From the NCBI RefSeq assembly GCF_009914755.1, contig NC_060946.1: a stretch of DNA of 64,000 nucleotides. The stretch is one strand, 5' to 3'. The first letter of the stretch is position 1. Each line of letters starts with the position of its first letter. Position numbers and translations under genes: made by a program. Source of the DNA: the human T2T-CHM13v2.0 reference genome, Homo sapiens. The notes under the pieces are model-generated. The model saw nothing but the letters and a program-made list of their open reading frames with translations, was not told the DNA's origin and made no database searches. Positions 38,691 to 57,903 of this stretch are shown here, in pieces.

Positions 38691-40279
38691 GTAACAAGGA
38701 GTTTCTAATATATTCTGGTTAGTAATTCTTCTTGATCATATGGAATTGCAGGTGTCATTTGTCAAGTTGTGGCCATTTTACTTTATTAGTTTTTGATTTA
38801 TAAAAATTATTGGTTTTAATGTATAATGTATCTTTTCTTTCTGCTCTGTGTTTTGGTATTTTATTACGATACAATTCTGTTACCATGAGTTCATAAATAG
38901 CCTCTCCTATTTTTTAACAAAATTAAAATATTGCTTTTTTATATTTAGGTCGTTATTTTACCTGGAGATACACACACACACACATGCACACACACACATA
39001 TATGTGTTTATACATATACACACATATATATGTATATGCATGTGTCCTTGTGTGTATGTGTGAAAGAGAGTTACGAATTCATTTTTCTCCTATATATATT
39101 CAAATATCCCCTCATATTTCATTCAGCAGATTATCATAATTCCTCATTAGTCTTCAATGCCTTTTATTTCATTTTTAAAGTTTTTATTTATGTGTTTTTC
39201 TTGGATCTTTATTTTATTCCATTGTTTTATTTGTCTGTTTCTTTTTCAATACCATACTTTGTTAAGTACAATGTATTTATAGAAATTATCTGATAGGGCA
39301 CAAATACTCACTATGTTGTTGTTGATTTTTTTCCACAGAGGAATTGGCTACTTTTGGCCCTTAATTTTCCAAATAAACTTTAGAATCAGCTTCTTAAGGT
39401 TCAGAAGTAGCAATGTTAGGATTTTTAAATAGAATTATTCTGACCATTTAGATATATCTAATTATATGTGGCAGTTTTGCCATCATCGTTCCATCAGTGT
39501 ATACAGGCCATCTATCTTTTATTGTATGGTATACATAATAAAGTCTTAGAATGTTCACCATAAAGGTCTTGCATATCTTTCTTTAGATTTTCCCCCCATG
39601 TACCTAATTATTTTTCTGCCTTATAAATGACCATTATTCAATTAGTGATTCATTGCTGGTATATAGAAATGCAAATACATTTGTATAATAATCTGATTTC
39701 CAGACTCATTGGCAAGTGTTCTTATTAATTTTAATAATTTGTTTATAAATTCTGTTGCAGTTTCTAAATAGGCGATTATAGCAGATGGAAATGAGGAAAG
39801 TTTTCAACACATACATCTTTGCTTTCTTTTCTAGTTTTGCTAATAAGACTGTATTCTGCACAACTCTAGGGAATACCATTTATATAGAGTGCATGATGCA
39901 AAATGCAGCCATACTGTGCACCTGCAAGGACCTACAGAAGAAGCAGTGCTAGCAGATAGTCTTGTCATATTTTGACTTGTTTAGAAAGGGATTCTTTTTT
40001 TTTTTAGGTTTAATCAGCACATTTATTTTTTTTATTTTTTTTTATTTTGTTTATTTTTTTAATGTTTTTTTTTTATTATACTCTAAGTTTTAGGGTACAT
40101 GTGCACATTGTGCAGGTTAGTTACATATGTATACATGTGCCATGCTGGTGCGCTGCACCCACTAACGTGTCATCTAGCATTAGGTATATCTCCCGATGCT
40201 ATCCCTCCCCCCTCCCCCGACCCCACCACAGTCCCCAGAGTGTGATATTCCCCTTCCTGTGTCCATGTCATCTCATTGT

Positions 40280-44105
<3,826 letters not shown>

Positions 44106-44168
44106 TATGATGTTAGCTGGTGATTTTGCTCGTTAGTTGATGCAGTTTCTTCCTAGTCTCGATGGTCT

Positions 44169-45183
44169 TTACATTTTGGCATGATTTTGCAGCAGCGGCT
44201 GGTACCGGTTGTTCCTTTCCATGTTTAGCGCTTCCTTCAGGAGCTCTTTTAGGGCAGGCCTGGTGGTGACAAAATCTCTCAGCATTTGCTTGTCTGTAAA
44301 GTATTTTATTTCTCCTTCACTTATGAAGCTTAGTTTGGCTGGATATGAAATTCTGGGTTGAAAATTCTTTAAGAATGTTGAATATTGGCTCCCACTCTCT
44401 TCTGGCTTGTAGGGTTTCTGCCGAGAGATCCGCTGTTAGTCTGATGGGCTTCCCTTTGAGGGTAACCCAACCTTTCTCTCTGGCTGCCCTTAACAGTTTT
44501 TCCTTCATTTCAACTTTGGTGAATCTGACAATTATGTGTCTTGGAGTTGCTCTTCTCGAGGAGTATCTTTGTGGCGTTCTCTGTATTTCCTCAATCTGAA
44601 TGTTGGCCTGCCTTGCTAGATTGGGGAAGTTCTGCTGGATAATATCCTGCAGAGTGTTTTCCAACTTGGTTCCATTCTCCCCATCACTTTCAGGTACACC
44701 AATCAGAGGTAGATTTGGTCTTTTCACATAGTCCCATATTTCTTGGAGGCTTTGCTCATTTCTTTTTATTCTTTTTTCTCTAAACTTCCCTTCTCACTTC
44801 ATTTCATTCATTTCATCTTCCATTGCTGATACCCTTTCTTCCAGTTGATCGCATCGGCTCCTGAGGCTTCTGCATTCTTCACGTAGTTCTCGAGCCTTGG
44901 TTTTCAGCTCCATCAGCTCCTTTAAGCACTTCTCTGTATTGGTTATTCTAGTTATACATTCTTCTAAATTTTTTTCAAAGTTTTCAACTTCTTTGCCTTT
45001 GGTTTGAATGTCCTCCCGTAGCTCAGAGTAATTTGATCGTCTGAAGCCTTCTTCTCTCAGCTCGTCAAAGTCATTCTCCATCCAGCTTTGTTCCATTGCT
45101 GGTGAGGAACTGCGTTCCTTTGGAGGAGGAAAGGCGCTCTGCGTTTTAGACTTTCCAGTTTTTCTGTTCTGTTTTTTCCCCAT
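44169..45183 (-). pseudogene. ORF1: L1 ORF1, disrupted
   Basis: MGKKQNRKTGKSKTQ start. Premature TGA at 44794-44796 and a frameshift near 44367. Confidence 0.95.
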
Positions 45184-45638
45184 TTTTGTGGTTTTATCTA
45201 CTTTTGGTCTTTGACGATGGTGATGTACAGATGGGTTTTTGGTGTGGATGTCCTTTCTGTTTGTTAGTTTTCCTTCTAACAGACAGGACCCTCAGCTGCA
45301 GGTCTGTTGGAGTACCCTGCCGTGTGAGGTGTCAGTGTGCCCCTGCTGGGGGGTGCCTCCCAGTTAGGCTGCTCGGGGGTCAGGGGTCAGGGACCCACTT
45401 GAGGAGGCAGTCTGCCCGTTCTCAGATCTCCAGCTGCGTGCTGGGAGACCCACTGCTCTCTTCAAAGCTGTCAGACAGGGACATTTAAGTCTGCAGAGGT
45501 TACTGCTGTCTTTTTGTTTGTCTGTGCCCTGCCCCCAGAGGTGAAGCCTACAGAGGCAGGCAGGCCTCCTTGAGCTGTGGTGGGCTCCACCCAGTTCGAG
45601 CTTCAGGGCTGCTTTGTTTACCTGAGCAAGCCTGGGCA

Positions 45639-45854
45639 ATGGCGGGCGCCCCTCCCCCAGCCTCGCTGCCGCCTTGCAGTTTGATCTCAGACTGCTGTGC
45701 TAGCAATCAGCGAGATTCCGTGGGCGTAGGACCCTCTGAGCCAGGTGTGGGATATAGTCTCGTGGTGCACCGTTTTTTAAGCCGGTCTGAAAAGCGCAAT
45801 ATTCGGGTTGGAGTGACCCGATTTTCTAGGTGCATCCGTCACCCCTTTCTTTGA
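45639..45854 (+). CDS. ORF0: L1 antisense ORF0 (71 aa), intact
   Basis: ATG at 45639 in gcaATGg context. MAGAPPPASLPPCSLISDCCASNQRDSVGVGPSEPGVGYSLVVHRFLSRSEKRNIRVGVTRFSRCIRHPFL*. Expression not shown by sequence. Confidence 0.8.
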   Translation: MAGAPPPASLPPCSLISDCCASNQRDSVGVGPSEPGVGYSLVVHRFLSRSEKRNIRVGVTRFSRCIRHPFL

Positions 45855-46374
45855 CTCGTCACCCCTTTCTTTGACTGGGAAAGGGAACTCCCTGACCCCT
45901 TGCGCTTCCCAGGTGAGGCAATGCCTCGCCCTGCTTTGGCTCGCGGACGGTGCGCGCACCCACTGGCCTGCGCCCACTGTCTGGCACTCCCTAGTGAGAT
46001 GAACCCGGTACCTCAGATGGAAACGCAGAAATCACCCGTTTTTCTGCGTCGCTCACGCTGGGAGCTGTAGACATGAGCTGTTCCTATTCGGCCATCTTGG
46101 CTCCTCCCCACGAAGTAGGTCTCTACTTACATTTTTAAAATACTTTATTGTTGTATGATTTTATATTTGTTGTTTTCCTTATTCAATTATCTTTATCATT
46201 ATTCTATTTTATTTTAGTCTAGATTCTTACATGAATATCTCATCATTTTCATATTTTTAGCACAATTTTGAAGAACATCAGTTTTGTACTAATTGAGCTT
46301 TCAGCTTTATCCTATAAAATGAGACATGTATATAGCATTTACAATATTAATTTTTCTTTCTTGAAATATATATA

Positions 46375-46695
46375 TTTTAATTTTATTTTTCCATAAGTTA
46401 TGGGGGTACAGGTGGTATTTGGTTACATGAGTACGTTCTTTAGTGGAGATTTCTGAGATCCTGGTGCACCCATCACCCGAGCAGTATACACTGCACCGTA
46501 TTTGTTGTCTTTTATCCCTCGCCCTCCTCCCACTCTTCCCCCCAAGCTCCCATGGTCTATTGTATCATTCTTATGCCTTTGCATCCTCATAGCTTAGCTC
46601 CCACATATCAGTGAGAACATACGATGTTTGGTTTTCCATTTCTGAGTTACTTCACTTAGAATAATAGTCTCTAATCTCATCCAGATCATTGCATA
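46375..46695 (-). mobile_element. Short L1PB 3' end
   Basis: Antisense of the same L1PB 3' UTR type (tatcattcttatgcctttgcatcctcatagcttagctccc). Confidence 0.85.
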
Positions 46696-46960
46696 TTTTT
46701 AAAATGTTCTAATGTAAATTGTATTGTGTTAAGAAATGTGATACATGTAGTAATACTTTTTGAAAATTTGTTGAGACAGGCTTTATGACCTGGTAGGCGT
46801 TAATTTTCATTAATGTTTATTATATGCTTGAGAAAATGTGAAATAATTGAGCTGCAGTGTTCTAAGGCTCTTAGATCAAGCTTGCTAATTATGTTGCTCA
46901 ACCCACTTTTCATTTGTGCTATTCTGTTGTTTTATATTCTTAGAATTTTTTTGTCTGCTT

Positions 46961-47146
46961 TTTCTATTGAATACTGAGAGTGGTGCACTAAATAATCTTA
47001 CTGCTGTCTACAATAATTTCGAATTTTTCAATTTAATGTTGTCATTCTGTTTATTTCTATTGAATAGTGAGACTAGTGAACTAAATTATCTTACTGCTAT
47101 CCACAATAATTTTAAAATTTTCAATTTAATGTTATCATTCTGTTTA
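46961..47146. repeat. 93-bp tandem duplication within old L1M
   Basis: 46961-47053 vs 47054-47146, 11 mismatches by manual count. Confidence 0.9.
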
Positions 47147-47459
47147 TTTTTCTGTTATAAGTTATATATAGATGTATGTGCCTATATGTAGTGCACACAT
47201 AGCCATGCAATACACGTGCAGGTTCAGGACTACCATATTTTTCTGGTGAAGTTCATTTCTTTAATGATAATATAATGCTGTATTTTATCACCATGAAGCT
47301 TTTGTTTTGAGGTTAACATTTTATTCCTGATATTACTATAATGTGCCAGGTTTCTTTTTTCCAGAATTTATCTTATAAATGTTCATTCCAATTATTTTAC
47401 TTTCAACATTTGTTTATCCTTATCTTTTAAATGTTTGTCTTGTAAAACACATGTAACTT

Positions 47460-47765
47460 AATTCATTGATTTTTTTGAAGGGTTTTTTGTGTCTCTATCT
47501 CCTTCAGTTCTGCTGTGATCTTAGTTATTTCTTGTCTTCTGCTAAATTTTTAATTTGTTTGCTGTTGCTTCTCTAGTTCTTTTAATTTTGATGTTAGAGT
47601 GTCAGTTTTAGATCTTTCTTGCTTTCTCTTGTGGGCATTTAGTGCTATAAATTTCCCTTTACAAACTGCTTTAAATGTGTCCCAGAGATTCTGGTACATT
47701 GTGTCTTCGTGCTCATTGGTTTCAAATGACATCTTTATTTCTCCCTTCATTTTGTTATTTACCAA
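47460..47765 (-). mobile_element. Isolated internal L1PA ORF2 fragment with no 3' end
   Basis: Encodes ..[40 protein letters not shown].. with no poly(A) or 3' UTR. Confidence 0.85.
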
Positions 47766-47767
47766 GT

Positions 47768-48230
47768 ATATTATTTTGCTAGGGCTGCCATAATACAGTA
47801 CCAAAAACTGCATGGCTTAAACACAAAAATTGATTGTCTCACACTTTTAGATGCTGGAAGTCTGAGATCAAGGTGTCAGTAGCATTGGTTCCTTCAGATG
47901 TCTGTAAGGAAATATCTTCTCTACACCAGTTCTCTAGTTCCTGGGGCGTTTCTGGCAATCTTTGGCATTCTTTTGTTTATAGAGGCATCAGCCCGATCTC
48001 CACCTTCATCTTTTCATGGTGTTCTCCCTGTGTGTATGTCTCTGTGCCCACATTTATCCTTTTCCTCAGGCCGCTAGTCATGTTGGATTAGGGACCCACC
48101 CTATGCTGGTATGACCTCATCTTAACTTATTACATCTACAACAACCATATTTCCAAGTAAGTTTAGATTCTGAGATACTGGGGCTTAGGACTTCAACATA
48201 TGAATTTTGGGGAAACATAATCTATAACAC
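47768..48230 (-). mobile_element. MLT1C-like MaLR LTR
   Basis: ttgctagggctgccataa start and aggacttcaacatatgaattttgggg end. Confidence 0.8.
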
Positions 48231-48889
48231 TGAGTTTTAAAAATATGTATGTACATATATAATTATATACAATATTGTAAACATTTGCATGCAGATATGT
48301 GTGTATACGTGTGTACAAACATTGTATATATGAACATATATTTGAATTTATGTCTACCTTTTTGTTTTCTAATTTACCTATTTTATACTTGCTTTTCTCT
48401 TTTCCTGGCTTATTTTTAACTGATCAAATAGTTTTCTTTTTTCACTTTTATATGTTATACACTAAATTTCTATGTTTTGGGGATTAATCTTTAAAATTTA
48501 ATTAATCTTCATCAGAACTATACAAGAAACTTAGAAAAATGTCGTGATCATATACTCATATGATTTAAATTATTACCTAGTAGGTTTTTATTTCTAACTT
48601 GCTATGAACACCCTTATAAGTTAGTCATTGTTATTATCATTATTTCATATAAATAATATTTATAAAAATCTATACATTGATTTTTTGCTCTGCTGAGTAT
48701 CCTTTCTTGTCTCCATGTCCTCCGCCTGGACCCAAGTTTCTTCTTCCTGCTGTATGTATCTTAAATATTAATTGAGTAAGGGGCTTTTTAAAACATTTAG
48801 TTTTGTTTTTCTGAAAAACAGTCTTATAAGTTTTAAGTTTCAAGCTGTTGCCTCTCTTTTCTTCTTACCTGCTACAGTAAATTCTCTCT

Positions 48890-50869
<1,980 letters not shown>

Positions 50870-53069
50870 AGTTCTCTCTATTTTTGTGCTTTCCAGTATA
50901 ATAGCAACTTGTTCAAATGTAGATTTTTAAAATATCAAACTACGAAAATTTTAAATACCCAGATTTTATTTAGTATTTATTGTGCTTTCTAAATCTGAAA
51001 GCACGATTCCTTCATTGACTGTAGAAAATCATTACTCATCATATCTTTAATTGCCAAATCCCCTTTCTCTCCATTTCTTTCTCTCCATTTCTTTCCTAGA
51101 AATTTGAATACAGGTGCATTGAAAATTCCTCCTAGATGTTGTCAGTGTTCTGAATTTTGGCCATTCCAAAAGCTGTGTAGTGGCATCTCGTTGTTTTAAT
51201 TTGCATTTATATATGATGGCATGCAATATGGAGAATCTTTTCATATTTTATTTGCTATATATATATATATATATATATATTCTTTGGTGAGGTGTCTGTT
51301 AAGGTCTTTGGCCCATTTTTTAAGCAGTCTCTTTGTTTTCTTTTTGTTGAAGGTCCTACTTTATATTTTTTATTGTATATGGTTGATTTCTTATAGCTTC
51401 ACTTCTGCTTTTTTTTTTTTTTTTTTTTACTTATTTATATTCTGAATCCAGTAATTTTATTAGCCAGTGTTATTGAGGGTCTAATTCTGGTGTTTGTTCT
51501 TTCTGCTGACTCCTGTTCTCTTGCTTGATTTATTTTGTTTTTATGCTTTTCTTTTTGAACTTAGATACCCTTTTCAGTGCTTCTTCAGCTTTGAAAGCCC
51601 TGTGAAGAATGCATGGAAGGTCTTTCTCTCCGGCGAGAATTTTCACTTCCTAATAAATGGGGCCCTGATGTGCTTAGGGTTTCTTAGACCCTAATTCCTC
51701 ATAATAGAGAGCTGTGGTTATAAATAGGCAGGGAAGATTTTTTTTCCCCCAAAGCCCATCCTGGGACAGACAATTTTCCTTTTAGTTTCCTTTGTTGGCA
51801 GAGAGATATTATTCTAGCATATCATTTTACCTGCAGTATAGCCCCTTAAGGGTTCCAGGTTTACACAGGTCTAGATTCCAACTTCCATTTTTAAAAGGCA
51901 AAAGGCCTTGTTTTCTTCCCTGGCAGGCATTAAAACTCAAACCTCTTGGCTAGTAAGCATAGCAAATGCTCCCAGGATAGTTGCTGCATGGGTGGCAGCT
52001 TACAAATTTAATTTTCACTCGTCCCTCTGTTTAGGTCCCTGAAGATATATCTTTCTTTCTCAGTAGCTCAGCTATGCATCTGAAAGAATGTTTGTTACAG
52101 TTTATCTATCATTTCTAAGCATGTTTTTTTCTTCAGAAGTTTTTCAAAAAGTTCCCCAGATAACCAGAAGTAGAGATATTCTGACTGCTTTCTATATTTT
52201 AAATATACATCAAAATTACAGTCCATTGATCACCTTCTCTTGCGTTTTCCAGCATTGTTAACCATTTATTGGTTTGGGGTTTTTAAAACAATATGTTCTC
52301 CATTATTCCAAGAGATTTTTGTGAAGAAGGTATAAAATGTAGGTGACCTCAGTCTACCATCTTAAGTCGATTTTTGAACTGGGTCTTGAAGGTTGAATGG
52401 AAACTTGCCAGGTGGAAATAGAGGTGAAGGCCAGGCTATGCTAAGGAAAGGCAATCATGAAAAATACACTTTCCTTAGGTAATAATGAAAAGTTAACTAT
52501 AGCTAGTGAGCACTATTCATTAGGACAGATATGCCAGATGAATCTAAAAGTGAGATAGGTTTAAATGATATTAAAAAGGATCTTGCATGACACTACCAAG
52601 AGTCTGTTGTCCTGTTATGTAATTCAGCAAATATAGTTGTCATTTTTTATTACTTACTAGGGAGTAGGTATTGTACTAGAGATTTTACATCAGGTGTTAT
52701 GCTTATTCATATTTTATTAGTAAAGTGAGCCAAAGAGAGATTTAATTAGTAAAGTGAGCCAAAGAGATCTGTGTTAACGTCACAGAGATCCCAGGAGGTG
52801 AAGTCAAGATTTCGTCTGACTGAAGAGCTTATGAACTAAATCAGTTCCTGCAGCATTCCCCAATAAATAAAAATAAATCAGTAAAAGTTTTTAAGAAAAG
52901 AGTGAAGTAGTGAGACTGATTATTTAGGAAGATTATTCTGTCAATCTGGTAGTGAAATGAATGACGGAATTACATACCACTCATAGCAGCTGCTTATCAC
53001 CCCAGAGAAGAAAGTGGCAGCCTGGGAAACAAAGGGAAGAACAAGAGAGGACCTTGCAGGGGAGCTCAA

Positions 53070-53231
53070 CCCGTTTGTTTATGCCTAGTGTTCCATTATT
53101 GGAATCCTAAGCTTGTGGGAGTTATTTATATCCTACTGCTCAAGGTCATTGCCAAGGTCTGATTTTTCACACACACACACACACGCACATGCATGCACAC
53201 ACACAAAATTATAACCTGCGGCATAAATGGG
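53070..53231 (+). mobile_element. MER85 (piggyBac PGBD3-derived MITE) with internal (CA)n
   Basis: ccc..tttatgcctagtgttccattattggaa...aagcttgtgggagttatttatatcctactgctcaagg...ggcataaatggg. Flanked by tcaa / ttaa (TTAA TSD). Confidence 0.92.
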
Positions 53232-53323
53232 TTAAAGGTCTTTACTTTTACTCTTCATGAGATTGGAGGTCATTGGAATATTGTAGCAGAGGAGTGAGAT
53301 CCTTATAAATTTTAAAATAAGCA

Positions 53324-53939
53324 TTTTTTTTCAACTTTTATTTTAGATTCAGGGAGTACGTGTGCAGACTTTTACATGGGTGTATTGTGTGATGCTGAGG
53401 TTTGGGGTACAACTGATCTCACCACCCACGTACTAAGTATAGTACCCAACAGGTTGTTCTTTAACCCCTTGCTCATCTCCCTCCCTCTCCCCTCTAATAG
53501 CCCTAAGTGTCTTTTGCTCCTGTCTTTGTGTCCATGGGTACCCAATGTTTAGCTCCCACCTAAAAGTGAGAACATGTGGTATTTGGTTTTCTGTTCCTGA
53601 CTTAATCTGCTTAGGGCAATGACCTCCATTAAGAAAAGGGAATTCTTATACCCGATTGATGGGAATATAAATTAGTTCAACCACTGCAGAAGGGAGTTTG
53701 GAAATTTCTCAAATAACTTAAAACAGAACTACCACTTGACTCAGCAGTCCCATTGCTAGGTATATACTGAAAGGAAAATAAACCGTTCTACCAAAAAGAA
53801 AGATGCACTTCTATGTACATTGCAGCACCATTCACAATAGCAAAGACATGGAATCGTCCTAGGCACCCATCTGTGGTGTAATGGATAAAGAAAATGTGGT
53901 AAATATACACTATGGAATACTACACAGCCACAAAAAAGG
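53324..53939 (-). mobile_element. Old L1PA (L1PA13-16-like) 3' end with 5' inversion (inverted part ~53630-53939), inserted in L2
   Basis: Minus-strand 3' UTR abuts a plus-strand upstream ORF2 segment. Possible TSD gcatttt / gcagttt. Confidence 0.8.
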
Positions 53940-55049
53940 GCAGTTTTATGGCTATATAGAAAATGGAGGTTAGGAGGGCAAGGGTTAAAGCGAAGAATTA
54001 TGCATTACTGACATACTCCGTTGTCTTTATCTACAAGTATATAATATTTGGGTCTCCTTGGCTGGTAAGCAGAGGTGTGGGGTATGAGAGTATTCAAAGA
54101 GTCCAGTTCTTGGAGGACCAGCTGAGTAGAGTGTTCGAAGGTTGGCCATGTTGTCTTCTGAAGAGGAAAGGTGAGTAGGAGAGATCAACATTGGAGAAGT
54201 AATAGGGGAGGTACAGTGTAGTATCAATGACAGGAACTCAAATCACATTACAAGGGAATCCTAGGCTTCAGAAATTCTCCCTAAAACTGGAAAAGATAAA
54301 GAGGTTTTGTGACGTGGGTGTATTCTATATAGATGAGAAATGATTGACAAATGCAGGCTCATGTTACACATATGCTTTCTCGTTTAATATTTTAGATTTT
54401 GTGAAACAGGTATTATCATTCTCAGTTTATAGATAGGAAACAGTCTCAGAGACATTAGCTGATTTTCCTAAAACTAACCAGCATTAACTGGCAGAGGTGG
54501 AATTCAAACATAGATTTTTTTGGCCCTAAAAGGTGTGTACCTTTTGAGGACACCATCCTGGAAGGAAGGCTTTGTTTTAATTCAGATGAAAATTGCTCTG
54601 CAGTGGATTGGAACTCAGAGGGAAGCTGAAGAAAATTGCAGTAGCCGTGGAGACAGAGGCATCTGGAGGGAGCTTTCACTTTCTCTAATGTTGTCAAGTG
54701 TGTCACTCGGGGATAATGCTCACTGGTCTTGGAGACGGTCCCTTCTCCCAGAATTTAAGTTCAGTCCTAATTCTGGAGTCTCTTTTTCCCTCCTGTGGGT
54801 CAGAAGCCAGAGCTCCTGAGGGTGGCCATGTGCATTCTCATCAAGGCCGTGCCAAGCACCAAGCGCCCCAAGAGCTCTGGCAATTCGAAACCCTCACCTG
54901 CCCTTACTGCTTCCCGGTGGGGAACCTGCTGACATCATACAATGAGAGATACATTTACAGGGCTTCCCAGGGGCTCCGTGAAGCAGTTCTGCTTCTAAAG
55001 TGAGCAATGCTGGGGCAGGGGTTTTGAAACTACCTCCTTTCCATGTTCA

Positions 55050-55551
<502 letters not shown>

Positions 55552-55839
55552 TTAGCATCTTCCAAATAAAGAGAAAAAGCAGATTGACACAAGGATTCCG
55601 TGGGTCCATAGAATCAGACAAGAGGACATTCAAGGAAGGAAGGAGTGGAAAAAGAGTCTAAAAGAAAGGCAAACAGATGAGACTAATTCCACCAGCTGAT
55701 GCTAAATAAATAAAGCAAGAAGGATGTAACATCATATATCAAGAGTCTGTCAATTCCTGCCAACAGAATAGGTTTATTTTACATTTACTGAATAACTGCT
55801 CTGTGTTGTGTAGGGGATATTAAGGTTTTTTTTCCCATT

Positions 55840-55926
55840 TCTTTCTTTCTTTTCTTTTCTTTTATTATTATTATTTTTTTTTGATAATGGAGTTTCACTC
55901 TTGTTGCCTAGGCTGGAGTGCAATGG
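55840..55926 (-). mobile_element. Severely 5'-truncated Alu (last ~45 nt plus tail)
   Basis: tggagtttcactcttgttgcctaggctggagtgcaatgg after a T-rich tract. Confidence 0.75.
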
Positions 55927-56190
55927 TATTTATTTCTTAATACTCTTGCAAACCCAGAGAAGGAGACATTCCCAAAGATTAAATGACTTATCCAAGTTTG
56001 TTCAGCCCTGATTATCAGAGCCAGCATTCTAACCCAGGTCTTTCTGATTTCCAAGTCCAGGACTTTTTCCACCATATGATCCTGCTACCTTTAGATGGAA
56101 ATTGGAAATGAATAAAATGAAACTGAGAGCCTGTGGAAGTAAAACAGCACAAAAAAAATGGTGGAATTATGTTTATCTCTGCATCAGCCT

Positions 56191-56841
<651 letters not shown>

Positions 56842-57200
56842 ACCTTGACACTAGATCTGGCTCAATACCACTCTCCAGCCATCTCTTCTTTGTGCTTCTG
56901 TTATTCTCCCCAGTGGCATCTTCTCAACTTGCTCCCAGAGTCTCTGTTCTGGTCTTTTGGCTCCCCCCTCTAGTTTGCCAAGGCCCTTGGAATTTAATTC
57001 TGTTTACCAAGAAAGCAATAAATGCCTATACTGTGCTCACCAGTGAGGCACCAGGGAATGCAAATATGGACACAGCTCAGGAGGGAAAATGGGCAAGAGA
57101 CGGGATCAGATCTAGAGTTTTGTGTCTACCACAGGTTTGGTTGTCAGGCACATAATGAAATGTATTCGCCTATGCAACATATATTTATTGATATATACTA

Positions 57201-57608
<408 letters not shown>

Positions 57609-57859
57609 CTAGACAATAAACAAGTATAGCATGTCGGTTGGCAACAAGGCAGTGGTGAAAAATAAAGCAGAGAGTGCTGGGGGAGTTACTATTTTAGATA
57701 GGATGTCTGGGGGAGACCTCTATGAGGAAATGTCATATGAGCAGAGAACCAAATGAAAAGAGAGTAAGACATGTGCTTATCTGGGAAAAGAGCATTCCAG
57801 TCGAGGAAACAGCGACTGCCAAGGCTCTAAGGATACCTTCTTAGTGTATTCAAAAAATG

Positions 57860-57861
<2 letters not shown>

Positions 57862-57901
<40 letters not shown>
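57862..57901. repeat. Pure poly(A), 40 nt
   Basis: Uninterrupted A run inside L2, with no adjacent Alu or L1 body. Confidence 0.95.

Positions 57902-57903
<2 letters not shown>

Noticed and set aside
45550-46109. CpG-rich segment as a host-gene CpG island promoter
   Set aside because: Fully explained by the young L1 5' UTR.
54698-55010. GC-richer unique stretch with 99-101-aa ORFs
   Set aside because: Non-ATG starts, no recognisable homology and only weak splice-like signals. Kept only as a possible regulatory island.
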